Below are positions 1 to 8,703 of a DNA stretch of 42,967 nt, piece by piece (the first letter of the stretch is position 1; every line of letters begins with the position of its first letter). Both the position numbers and the translations under genes were made by a program. Where the stretch lies: assembly GCA_052390515.1 (NCBI GenBank), contig JBQTGV010000121.1:1-42967 (forward strand), in the 5' to 3' direction. The DNA is from Candidatus Eiseniibacteriota bacterium (GTDB lineage Bacteria > ARS69). The notes under the pieces were generated by a model. It made no database searches, was not told where the DNA came from, and saw nothing but the letters and a program-made list of their open reading frames with translations.

Positions 1-209
1 TGGCCGTCGCCATCCCGTCGGTGATCGCCTACAACCTGTTCAACCGTCGTCTCACCGTCCTCACGACGCTGCTGGAGCGGTTCGTCGCCGAGTTCCTCCG
101 CGGCGCGCAGCACGGGTCGCACCGCGGCGGCGGCGCGCCGACCGCCCCTCCGCCGTCCGACGTGGGCAGCGCGAGCCGGCCTCCCGTCTTCGCCCGCCGC
201 TCGGGCTGA
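1..209 (+). CDS. tolQ: TolQ/ExbB (MotA family) proton channel, C-terminal fragment truncated by the window edge
   Basis: Frame from nt 3 reads AVAIPSVIAYNLFNRR, the last TM helix signature of TolQ/ExbB; directly upstream of tolR-tolA-tolB-pal. Confidence 0.85.
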   Translation, partial: AVAIPSVIAYNLFNRRLTVLTTLLERFVAEFLRGAQHGSHRGGGAPTAPPPSDVGSASRPPVFARRSG

Positions 210-218
210 GCAACTGCC

Positions 219-629
219 GTGCCCCGGAAGAGGACCCGGCCGAACCTGGTGACCGACATCAACGTCACGTCGCTCGTCGACGTGATGATGCTGCTGCTCA
301 TCATCTTCATCCTGGTGGCTCCGATCCTGAACCAGGGCATCGAGCTCAAGCTGCCGGAGGCGAGCACCTCCGAGGCCGAGCCCGAAGAAGGGCTGCGCAT
401 CTCCGTCGGTCCCGAGGGCGAGATCTTCTTCGACGGCAAGCCGATCCTGCCGCAGGCGCTGGACGACGAGCTGCGCCGCCGCGCTTCGACGGATCCCGCG
501 CTGCCGGTGCTCCTGGAGGGGGACCAGCGGCTCGCCTACGGGTCGGTGCTGGACGTCCTCGACCGCGCGCGCCTCGCCGGGCTGACCCGCGTCAGCCTCG
601 CCACCGAGCCGCGACGGGAGCAGCCGTGA
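219..629 (+). CDS. tolR: TolR/ExbD biopolymer transport protein
   Basis: DINVTSLVDVMMLLLIIF TM motif with the conserved Asp, LKLPEA, and LEGDQRLAYGSVLDVLD; operon context. Confidence 0.9.
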   Translation: MPRKRTRPNLVTDINVTSLVDVMMLLLIIFILVAPILNQGIELKLPEASTSEAEPEEGLRISVGPEGEIFFDGKPILPQALDDELRRRASTDPALPVLLEGDQRLAYGSVLDVLDRARLAGLTRVSLATEPRREQP

Positions 630-1357
630 ACCGCGGCCTCCTCCTCTCGCTCTCGCTGCACACCGTGTTCCTGTCGGTCTGCCTGCTCGGGCCGCGACCG
701 AAGTCGTTCGAGTGGGACCGGGTCGACGCGGTCCCGGTCGATCTCGTGGCGCTGCCCCATGCCGAGGAGCCGGCGGCGATGGTCGCGCCCCCGCCCGAGC
801 CGGCCCCGGCTCCGGTCAGGGAAGTCGAGCCGGCCGAGGCGTCTCCCGCGAAGTCCAAGGAGGCGAAGGCCGACGAGCCCGCGGTTCGCCCGAAGCCCCG
901 GCGCGTGATCAAGCCGTACGCGCCGGCCCGCGATCCGAGCGAGCCCTCCCTCGCCGAGCGGCTCCGCGAGCGGTTGGACGAGACCGAGCCGGCGCCGGTC
1001 GAGGAGGCGCCCGCGGCGGCACCGGCACCCTCGTCGAGCGCGGTCGTCGAGGCCGTCGACTTCCCGTACGCGTGGTACTTGAACCTGCTGCGCGGGAAGG
1101 TCACCGCGGCCTGGGATCCGCCGGGCGAACGCCTGCTGGCGGGACGCTCGCGGCACGTGGTGGTGCGCTTCCGCATCCTGCGCGACGGCCGGATCATCGA
1201 CGTCCGGGTCGACAGCGCGTCGGGGACTCCGGGGCTCGACGTCAGCGCCGAGCGGGCCATCCAGCAAGGGGGGCCCTATCCGCCCCTGCCCGAGACCTAC
1301 ACCGGTGAGTGGCTGGACGTCGGCGTCCGATTTAGCGTGAGGGAGGATGGGAGATGA
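626..1357 (+). CDS. tolA: TolA/TonB-family energy transducer
   Basis: N-terminal TM with SLSLH (SxxxH), Pro/Ala/Glu-rich linker, TonB_C-like end (VRFRILRDGRIIDVRVDSASG...LDVSAERAI...PYPPLP); GTGA overlap with tolR stop. Confidence 0.8.
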   Translation: MNRGLLLSLSLHTVFLSVCLLGPRPKSFEWDRVDAVPVDLVALPHAEEPAAMVAPPPEPAPAPVREVEPAEASPAKSKEAKADEPAVRPKPRRVIKPYAPARDPSEPSLAERLRERLDETEPAPVEEAPAAAPAPSSSAVVEAVDFPYAWYLNLLRGKVTAAWDPPGERLLAGRSRHVVVRFRILRDGRIIDVRVDSASGTPGLDVSAERAIQQGGPYPPLPETYTGEWLDVGVRFSVREDGR

Positions 1358-2616
1358 TGGGACGTGCCGGGCGAACGCTTCGAATCGTGCAGGGGATCAT
1401 CGTCGCGGCCGTGCCGCTCTTCGCCGGGGCCGCCACGGCGGAGGGCCCGATAGTCGACGTGACGAAGGACCCCGACGTGCGCATCGCCGTCGGCATAGGG
1501 CGCTACGACTCGATCCCGGCGGACCGGGTCGGCTCTCCGCCCGGCGACGTGCTCGCCTTCGACCTGGAGATATCCGGGTGGTTCGAGGCGAAGCGTCCCG
1601 GCGTGCTGCCCCCGGCGTCGTTGAACGACTGGGGAAAGCGCGGCGCGGAGGTGCTCGCCGAGATGGAGATGGCGGGGAACGATCTCCGGGGGACGGTCCG
1701 CGACGTGGGCACCGGCGAGGTGCTCTTCCAGCGGGCCTACGCCAGCGGCGGCCCGCGGGAGAGGATCCATCGCTTCGCCGACGACGTCGTGCAGGCGCTC
1801 ACCGGCGAGAAGGGGGTCGCGCGCACGCGGCTCGTGTGCGAGTGGAATACCGGCCAGGGCAAGCGCATCGTGTCGATGGACATCGACGGCTTCAACATGA
1901 AGAGCCTGACCGGCGATTCGGAGCTCGAGCTGAGTCCGAGGTGGGCTCCGAACGGCTCCAGCGTGGTGTACACCTCCTACGCGAGCGGCTACCCCGACGT
2001 CTACGTGCACGATCTGCGGGTCGGCAACCGGACCAAGGTGGCGCACTACGAAGGGCTGAACGCTCAGGGAGACCTGAGTCCCGACGGCTCGCGTCTGGTG
2101 GTGACGCTGTCCTACTCCGGGAACCCCGAAATCTGTTCAAAGGAACTTTCCTCGGGTAGAATCCGGCGGTTGACGAATCATGCGGCCACCGATGCGTCAC
2201 CGTGCTGGTCGCCGGACGGCAGGCGGGTCGCGTTCGTCTCGGATCGAACGGGCAGTCCGCAGGTCTGGATCGTCGGCGCGGATGGCGGTGGCCTGGAGCG
2301 GATCACGGTTCGCGGGAGCTACAACACCGCGCCGGAGTGGTCACCGGACGGGAAGAAGATCGCGTACTGCGCGCTTCGTCCCGACGGGTTCCAGATCCAG
2401 GTGATCGACCTGGGCACTCGTGAAGTGACCACGGTGACGGAGGGTGGAGGCTGCGAGGACCCCAGTTGGTCTCCGGACGGCCGCAGCATTCTGTACAGCA
2501 GGAGGGCAGGGGGCCGCACGGACCTGTACATCACGAATCTCGACGAGAGGAAGGCACTGCGGGTGACGAAGGGGTCGGGTAGCTTCACGACACCGGACTG
2601 GTCACCGTACCGCTGA
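1354..2616 (+). CDS. tolB: TolB periplasmic beta-propeller protein
   Basis: Signal peptide, TolB N-domain (IHRFADDVVQALTGEKG), repeated PD40 motifs (PRWAPNG, PCWSPDG, PEWSPDG, PSWSPDG, PDWSP); directly before pal. Confidence 0.92.
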   Translation: MMGRAGRTLRIVQGIIVAAVPLFAGAATAEGPIVDVTKDPDVRIAVGIGRYDSIPADRVGSPPGDVLAFDLEISGWFEAKRPGVLPPASLNDWGKRGAEVLAEMEMAGNDLRGTVRDVGTGEVLFQRAYASGGPRERIHRFADDVVQALTGEKGVARTRLVCEWNTGQGKRIVSMDIDGFNMKSLTGDSELELSPRWAPNGSSVVYTSYASGYPDVYVHDLRVGNRTKVAHYEGLNAQGDLSPDGSRLVVTLSYSGNPEICSKELSSGRIRRLTNHAATDASPCWSPDGRRVAFVSDRTGSPQVWIVGADGGGLERITVRGSYNTAPEWSPDGKKIAYCALRPDGFQIQVIDLGTREVTTVTEGGGCEDPSWSPDGRSILYSRRAGGRTDLYITNLDERKALRVTKGSGSFTTPDWSPYR

Positions 2617-2635
2617 GCGAACGGAGGAGGAAACG

Positions 2636-3184
2636 ATGCAGATCGGACGATTTGCCTGGACGGCGCAGGTGGCCGTCGCGCTGGGAGCGGTGCTTCTGGT
2701 GGCGGGTTGTGGGTCGAAGCCGCCAGCCGAAGCCGACATGACGGAGACGCCGGCCGGAGAACAGACGTCCGATGCGTCCGGTGAGTTCCCCACGGCGCGG
2801 GATGACAAGCCGCAGTGGACGGATCCGAACGACGCGAACCGTCACATCCTGGTGAACATCCATTTCGAGTTCAACAAGTACCGGATCCAGGAGCAGGACA
2901 AGCCCAAGCTCGAGGCGATCGCCGCGCTCCTGCAGGACAATCCCGACTGGAAGCTGCTCATCGAGGGGCACTGCGACGACCGCGGCACGAACGAGTACAA
3001 CATGGGCCTCGGCGAGCAGCGGGCCATGGCGACGAAGAACTACCTCGCCTCTCTCGGCGTGGACGGAAGCCGCTTCACGACGATCTCCTACGGTGAAGAG
3101 CGTCCGCTCGACACCGCCCAGACCGAGGCCGCGTGGTCCAAGAACCGGCGCTGCCAGTTCCGGGTCGAGGCGCCGCGGTCGTGA
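2636..3184 (+). CDS. pal: Peptidoglycan-associated lipoprotein Pal
   Basis: GGAGG RBS; lipobox VAGC; OmpA-C motif IEGHCDDRGTNEYNMGLGEQRA and ISYGEERP...WSKNRR. Confidence 0.95.
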   Translation: MQIGRFAWTAQVAVALGAVLLVAGCGSKPPAEADMTETPAGEQTSDASGEFPTARDDKPQWTDPNDANRHILVNIHFEFNKYRIQEQDKPKLEAIAALLQDNPDWKLLIEGHCDDRGTNEYNMGLGEQRAMATKNYLASLGVDGSRFTTISYGEERPLDTAQTEAAWSKNRRCQFRVEAPRS

Positions 3185-3228
3185 CGAGACCGGTTCCGAG
3201 ACGAGCGGCGGCCGGCGGCACCGCCCGG

Positions 3229-3831
3229 ATGAGCCGCAGCGGGCTGCTCGCTCTCGGGGCCGGGTTCCTCCTGTCGGGGTGCTTCGCCACCGAGAAGCAC
3301 GTCGAGATGATCGAAACCGATCTCACGCAGAAGTCCGCGTGGACGGACGAGCGCATCCAGCGGGTCGAGTCCGACCTGGAGGCTCTGCGCTCGGAGAACG
3401 AGGCGCTGCGGCTGCGCATCGACGACCTCTCGGACCAGATGGCGAACCTCGGCGGGGAGGTGTCGACCCGCCTCTCCGAGCTCGTGCAGAGCGACCAGGA
3501 CGTGGCCGAGCAGGCGCGCATGGCCAGTCAGAGCGCCACGGACCTGGAGACGAAACGCCAGCGAGACCGCGAGGAGATGCTCGAGCGCATGAACGTGATC
3601 CTGGAGGAAGTGCTCAAGGAGAACGAGCGGCTCGCCGGCCGCGTGGAGAAGCTGGAGAGCAGCGCGCTCACGTTCGGAAAGGTGCACCGCGTGCAGCCCG
3701 GCGAGAGCGTCGCCGGAATCGCCGCGCGTTACGGTGTGACCGCCGACGACATCGTCGCGGCGAACGGTCTGTCGGACGCGAACGTCATCTCCGTGGGCCA
3801 GGAGCTGATCATCCCCTCCGGGTCGCAGTAG
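3229..3831 (+). CDS. Lipoprotein with long coiled-coil and C-terminal LysM domain (start may instead be GTG 3181, overlapping the pal stop)
   Basis: MSRSGLLALGAGFLLSGC lipobox; heptad-rich middle; HRVQPGESVAGIAARYGVTADDIVAANGL...ISVGQELIIP is a LysM domain. Confidence 0.85.
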   Translation: MSRSGLLALGAGFLLSGCFATEKHVEMIETDLTQKSAWTDERIQRVESDLEALRSENEALRLRIDDLSDQMANLGGEVSTRLSELVQSDQDVAEQARMASQSATDLETKRQRDREEMLERMNVILEEVLKENERLAGRVEKLESSALTFGKVHRVQPGESVAGIAARYGVTADDIVAANGLSDANVISVGQELIIPSGSQ

Positions 3832-3891
3832 CCGCGCCGTTCCCGGGCAGGCGACGCTCGTCATCGGGATCACTTCGTTCGAGACGGAACG

Positions 3892-4623
3892 CTAGCCAAA
3901 TCCTCGTACTTCGCCGGCGAGCGAGCGGCCCACGACGTCCGCGGCCGCGGCGAACGCCCAGAAGAGCATCCACACCGGAACCACCGCTGCCGCGGCGCGG
4001 CCCCACCCCAGGGCGAACCGTTCCCGCAAGCCCACGGCGGTCAGTACGATTCCCCACACGCCGAAGAGGCTCAGGTGATCCAGCAGTGCCCGCGGCCACG
4101 GCGACTGCACCGCCGGGAGGAGTACGCCGAGGCTGGTGGCCGACGACAGCCGCGGGACGAGACCTGGATCGAACTCCGGACCATCGATCCACGTCACGCC
4201 GAGATCGATGCCCTTGCCGAGAATTCCCGGCAGCGCCGAGTAAGCGACGACGCAGAGCACCGCGCGGAAGCTCGACCGGCCGGTGACGACCACGGAAGCG
4301 GCCCACAGCACCGTGGCCGCGGCCGCCCAGCGGATCCCCAGGGCGAGCGGAGCCGCTGCGACCGAGACCACCTTCATTCGCGTGAGGCCGCGGCGAACCT
4401 GTTCCACGGTCTCGGGGGAGTCCATGGTCGCCAGGAGGTGCGCGGACGCCCGCTGCGAGACGGAGACCATCAGGAGCGTCACCAGGACGGAGAAGAGCGA
4501 GGCGACGACCCACGGCGCGACGATCGGGTGCCGCTCCCCGAAGGCACGGAAGGTGCCGACCGGCCGGATCAGCACGTTCCAGGTCGCCGCCACGTCCGCG
4601 CGGAGCGTTGCCGGGAGCTGCAT
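3892..4623 (-). CDS. Yip1-family multi-pass membrane protein
   Basis: GGAGG RBS before ATG 4623; VLIRPVGTFRAF N-terminal motif, SFRAVLCVVAYSALP, several hydrophobic helices. Confidence 0.75.
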   Translation of the reverse strand: MQLPATLRADVAATWNVLIRPVGTFRAFGERHPIVAPWVVASLFSVLVTLLMVSVSQRASAHLLATMDSPETVEQVRRGLTRMKVVSVAAAPLALGIRWAAAATVLWAASVVVTGRSSFRAVLCVVAYSALPGILGKGIDLGVTWIDGPEFDPGLVPRLSSATSLGVLLPAVQSPWPRALLDHLSLFGVWGIVLTAVGLRERFALGWGRAAAAVVPVWMLFWAFAAAADVVGRSLAGEVRGFG

Positions 4624-4921
4624 GCGGCCTCCTCCAAGGGGAAGGGACCGCTTCGCACGCCCTCCGGCGCGAGGGGTCGGGAGCGCGCGAAGCGAGGACC
4701 GGGCGACAACCCGCGCCGCTCCGCGAGCGAGTTCGAGGTGAACGACTCGAGCGGGAAGCGAGCGATCGTGGTCCCGATGGTTCGCCTCCGCAAGACGCAT
4801 GCCGCGCCCGGTCGCCCACGCCGCCGCGGAGGAGCGCGCCGTCGAGGACGGGCGTCAAGCGGAGGCGACGGCGGAGCACCCCGAGGTTGACGCCACCCGC
4901 TCGCTCGCGAAGACTTCCCGC

Positions 4922-6898
4922 ATGAGCCGTCTCCGACTCGTCGCGCACGGGCTGCTCACCGGCGTGCTCGTCGGCGTCGCGGGCGGCGCCGTGGACGCCT
5001 GGACCACTCCGCACGCCTTCCTCGGCCGGCAGTTCCTGGGTGTCGCCGTGCTGGCCTGGGTGATCTGCGGGGCGGCGGGCGGCCTCGCTCTCGGTCTGTT
5101 CGCGGCGCTTCTCTGCCGCCGCGCGGGCGGCGGTGGCGCGCGCGCGCCGCACTCGCTCGCCGCCTGGATCACCGCCTCCTCGGCAGTCGCCGCGGCGTGG
5201 TTCCTCCTCGTCGTTCACGCGAACGTGGTCTGGCTGGGCTCGGACACCGGCCGGCAGGCGCTGCTCTTCGACGCTGGCACGGCGCTGGCGGCGCTGGCGG
5301 CCGCGTGGTCGACCGCCCGTCTCCTCGGGCCGGCGTTCGAGCGGCCCGGCCATCCGCTCCGCCGCCTGCTCGCCGGTGCCGCCGGACCGTTGCTCGCCGC
5401 CGCCGCGATCCTCGTTCTGGCCGCAGTCCCGTGGCGGGGGGGACTCGAAGGTGCCGGACCGCCGCCGGCGGCTGCGCCCGCCGGAGCGCCGGACGTCGTG
5501 CTCGTGCTCATCGATACGCTGCGCCGTGACCACCTCTCCGCCGAGGGTTACGAGCGTCGCACGACGCCGGCGCTCGACGAGCTCGCCGCGCGCGGCGCGC
5601 GCTTCCCCGAGTTCGCCAGCCAGAGCTGTTACACGAAGCCCGCGGTCGCCTCCCTGCTCACCTCGCTCTACCCCTCGGGACACGGAGTCGGCCACCTTCG
5701 CACGGTGCTGGGCGAGGATCGGCTCACGCTCGCCGAGATCTTCCACGCGGCCGGCTGGCGAACGGCGAAGTTCGTCTCCAACACGATCCTCGGAGCGGAG
5801 TTCGGGTTCGCCCAGGGAACGGAGCGCTTCTCCACCCTTCCGGTCGAGCTCGTGCCGCGCACCCGACTGGGCTACGCGCTCTTCCGCCTCGGGGAGGGTG
5901 GACGCGAGGTTCCGGGGCGCGCCCTGCTCGCGCGCGCGCTCGCGGCCGCCGAGCGAACCGTCACCGGCGCTCCGGGCGCCGAGACGCTGTCGCTGCCGGC
6001 CCCCGCGATCGTGGCCGAGTACGAGAAGTGGCGAAGGTCCGTCGGCGAAGGTCCCGCGTTCGCCTACCTGCACTTCATGGAGCCGCACGCGCCGTACCGG
6101 CCGCTGGCGGACGTCGCCTCCCGCTTCGAGGGTGCCGCGCTCGAGGCCGAGCACCCGCCGACGACCGGGCTCTTCCTGCCCTTCGCCCGGGCCGCGGAGC
6201 TGCCCGCGTCGCGCCGGCTCGGCCTGGTGCGCGCCTACGACGCGGAGGTGGCCGGGCTCGACGAGACGCTCGGCGGTTTCTTCGCTCGTCTCGCTTCGAG
6301 CGGCCGGCCGGTGATCGTGGCGGTGACCTCCGACCACGGCGAGGAGTTCTACGAGCACGGCGGTTGGGGGCACGGCCAGTCGCTGCACGAAGAGCTGCTG
6401 CGCGTGCCGTTCGTGATCGCGGGACGGGGCGTACCGCAGGGAGTCGTACCGCGGGGTCCGGCACAGCTCGTCGACGTGGCGCCGACGCTGCTCGATCTCT
6501 GCGGAATCCCCGTGCCGGTCGGACTGGCCGGCCGGTCCCTCGTGCCGGCAATGACGGCAGCCGCAGCCGGCGACACGGCGGGCACGGAAGCCGACCGGGA
6601 GCACTTCGCCGAGATCGTCTACGGCGACACGTACTGGGCCCGCTCGCTTCGCGCCGGCCCGTGGAAGGCGATCGTCGCGCGGCTGGGCGAGGACGCCCGC
6701 GTGCAGCTCTTCGACCTCGCCGCCGATCCGGGAGAGCTGCGAGATCTCTCCGACTCGCTCGGGGACCGCGCGGCGGCCATGGTCGCGCGCATCGAGGAAC
6801 TGGCGGCGGCCGCGAAGGCGGGCGCCGGCGCCGGCACGACGGCGGAGTTCGATCCGGTGACGAGAGAGCGGCTGCGCGCGCTGGGCTACGTGGAGTGA
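4922..6898 (+). CDS. Membrane-anchored sulfatase-like hydrolase/transferase (alkaline phosphatase superfamily)
   Basis: About 5 N-terminal TM segments, then VVLVLIDTLRRDH, TKPAVASLLT, HFMEPHAPY, TSDHGEEF, HGQSL and the C-terminal ERLRALGYV. Confidence 0.85.
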   Translation: MSRLRLVAHGLLTGVLVGVAGGAVDAWTTPHAFLGRQFLGVAVLAWVICGAAGGLALGLFAALLCRRAGGGGARAPHSLAAWITASSAVAAAWFLLVVHANVVWLGSDTGRQALLFDAGTALAALAAAWSTARLLGPAFERPGHPLRRLLAGAAGPLLAAAAILVLAAVPWRGGLEGAGPPPAAAPAGAPDVVLVLIDTLRRDHLSAEGYERRTTPALDELAARGARFPEFASQSCYTKPAVASLLTSLYPSGHGVGHLRTVLGEDRLTLAEIFHAAGWRTAKFVSNTILGAEFGFAQGTERFSTLPVELVPRTRLGYALFRLGEGGREVPGRALLARALAAAERTVTGAPGAETLSLPAPAIVAEYEKWRRSVGEGPAFAYLHFMEPHAPYRPLADVASRFEGAALEAEHPPTTGLFLPFARAAELPASRRLGLVRAYDAEVAGLDETLGGFFARLASSGRPVIVAVTSDHGEEFYEHGGWGHGQSLHEELLRVPFVIAGRGVPQGVVPRGPAQLVDVAPTLLDLCGIPVPVGLAGRSLVPAMTAAAAGDTAGTEADREHFAEIVYGDTYWARSLRAGPWKAIVARLGEDARVQLFDLAADPGELRDLSDSLGDRAAAMVARIEELAAAAKAGAGAGTTAEFDPVTRERLRALGYVE

Positions 6899-7091
6899 CG
6901 GCGAAGGAGACGAGAGCGCAGAGGTCCCTCGCGGAGTTGCCGAAGCAACCGGAGGCGAAAGGCCCCTCGCGTCGTCGCCGCCGTGTCCGGAGCCACGGAC
7001 GGCGCAGGCCGGCGGCCACGATGCGAGCGAGCCAGGACGGCGAGCGAGCTTAAGCGAGGGGCCTTTCGCTTTCGGTCTGCTTCGCCACTCC
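6892..7091. repeat. Three related ~38-41 bp units: two tandem direct copies (6892-6932, 6933-6970) and one inverted copy (7054-7091)
   Basis: GCGAAAGGCCCCTCGC (6955-6970) is the exact reverse complement of 7054-7069; similarity extends to GGAGT.G.CGAAGCA; 6892-6932 is a more decayed copy. Confidence 0.75.
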
Positions 7092-8516
7092 CGCACCCAG
7101 CGCGTCCAGCGCCTCGCCCAGCCGCCGGATGCCCTCCAGGATGTCGCCCTCGTCGTGCCGGGAGAGGTCGAGCAGTACGAAACGGTCGGCGGACTCCGCA
7201 GCGCCGCAGTCCCGGGCGCCGCGGACCAGCACGCCGCGGTCGCGGGCCGCCTCGCGGAGCGCTTCGCCGTTGACTCCGTCGGGCAGGTCGACGCGCACCG
7301 CGTCGGCGCCGTCCGAGAACGCGTGCGAGGGCGATGCGGGGATCCGGCGCGCGAGCGCGCGCGACACCGACGCGGCGCGCAGCTTCCGCCGCTCGCGCAG
7401 CGTACGCAGGGTCCGAACCCGCGACGGCGCGTCCAGCGCGAGGGCCAGCGCGCGCTGGGACAATCGGTCGAGCGTCTTCTCCGTGGGGTCGGCGCAGAGC
7501 CGGAGGCGCTCCAGCACCTTCGCGGTTCCGCCCACCGCCGCGGCAACGAATCCTCCGCCGGCCTCGTCCGAGAGGTCGCTGAGCGAGATCACCCGGCCGG
7601 TCGGCTCCAGCACGGCGAGCGGGGGCGGCGCTGGCGGACCGTCGAGCCACTCCGTGTGCGTGACGTCCTCGACGACGGGAATCCCCGCGTCCCGCGCGAG
7701 GTCCAGCAGCGCTCTTCGGCGCGCCGGTCCCGGCGGCCGCCCGGGCAGCCGGGACGAACCCGTCGTGACGAGGAGCAGCCGTGGCGTTGCGCGCCGGACG
7801 GCGTCTCCGAGGTCGCGCTCGGAGTCTTCGCCCGGGAGGACGACGAGCCGCGCTCTGCGCTCCTCGACCGGAACGGCGAGATCCGGATCCAGCAGGGAGT
7901 CCGCGAGCACGGTTCCGCGGCGCGGGACGAAGACGCGGAGGATCCGAGCCATCGCCGCCGCACGCCCCGGTACGATGGCCACGTCGTCGCTTCCGAGCAG
8001 CACACCGCACCGGGCGAAGTGACGCGCGGCCGCGGCGCGCAAGGACGCCTCGCCGAGCGGCGGCGGCGCGGAGAACAGCGGACCGCTCCCCTTCGCGAGC
8101 GCTCCCTCGTGGAACAGGCGCAGTTGATGGCTGGAGAGGTTCGCGGTCCGCGCGCCCACGCCGGCGAGGTCGATGAGCTGCTCCGTCTCGGTGCCGGGAT
8201 CGAGCCACGCCGAGCGTGGCAACGGATCCCGCTGGCGCGGCTCGGGCAGCCCGAGCGGGAGCTTCGGGTCCTCGGGAATCTGGCGCCGCACGGTCGCGCC
8301 GGATCCGGGGCGGATCTTCACGAGCTCGCGTGCGGCGAGCTCCTCGTACGCCGTCTCCACCGTCTGCTTGCTCACGCCGAGATCGGCGGCGAGCGCGCGC
8401 GTCGCAGGGAGCCGGCCACCTGCGGTGACGTGCCCGCGGCGGATGAGCTCCTCGAGGTAGCCGGCGATCTGGCGGGGAAGCGGCTCCCGGGAATCGCGGT
8501 CCAGCGGGATGTACAT
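7050..8516 (-). CDS. MocR/GabR-family regulator (GntR wHTH plus aminotransferase-like domain), PLP site degenerate
   Basis: IPLDRDSREPLPRQIAGYL...RLPATRALAADLGVSKQTVETAYEEL wHTH; AAT-like fold (IPVVED) but SDLSD in place of SFSK. Confidence 0.85.
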   Translation of the reverse strand: MYIPLDRDSREPLPRQIAGYLEELIRRGHVTAGGRLPATRALAADLGVSKQTVETAYEELAARELVKIRPGSGATVRRQIPEDPKLPLGLPEPRQRDPLPRSAWLDPGTETEQLIDLAGVGARTANLSSHQLRLFHEGALAKGSGPLFSAPPPLGEASLRAAAARHFARCGVLLGSDDVAIVPGRAAAMARILRVFVPRRGTVLADSLLDPDLAVPVEERRARLVVLPGEDSERDLGDAVRRATPRLLLVTTGSSRLPGRPPGPARRRALLDLARDAGIPVVEDVTHTEWLDGPPAPPPLAVLEPTGRVISLSDLSDEAGGGFVAAAVGGTAKVLERLRLCADPTEKTLDRLSQRALALALDAPSRVRTLRTLRERRKLRAASVSRALARRIPASPSHAFSDGADAVRVDLPDGVNGEALREAARDRGVLVRGARDCGAAESADRFVLLDLSRHDEGDILEGIRRLGEALDALGAGVAKQTESERPLA

Positions 8517-8703
8517 GGCAGCGCCATTGAACCGCGCCGCGCGCCGAGGGACAAGGGGGGCGAGGGGCGGCGCCGCCCGGCCCGGTGGGGCGGCGAGAGG
8601 CGGCGCCACGCCCGGCGCGGGGAAACAGGGTCTTCCCGCGCGCGGTCCGGCATGGTAACCATCCCCTTTCCTGCCGCGTCCCCCCGTGCCAGGGAGGCCC
8701 ACC

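Noticed and set aside
3809-7546. 1245-aa minus-strand ORF and many other long overlapping ORFs (e.g. 9580-11805, 12085-14049, 14807-16564, 34251-36614)
   Set aside because: Arg/Gly/Pro-rich shadow frames of motif-bearing genes; expected at this GC content, with no recognisable motifs
8517-8703. Sigma54 (-24/-12) promoter or riboswitch upstream of glnA
   Set aside because: No TGGCAC-N5-TTGC match seen; the GC hairpins present are unremarkable at this base composition
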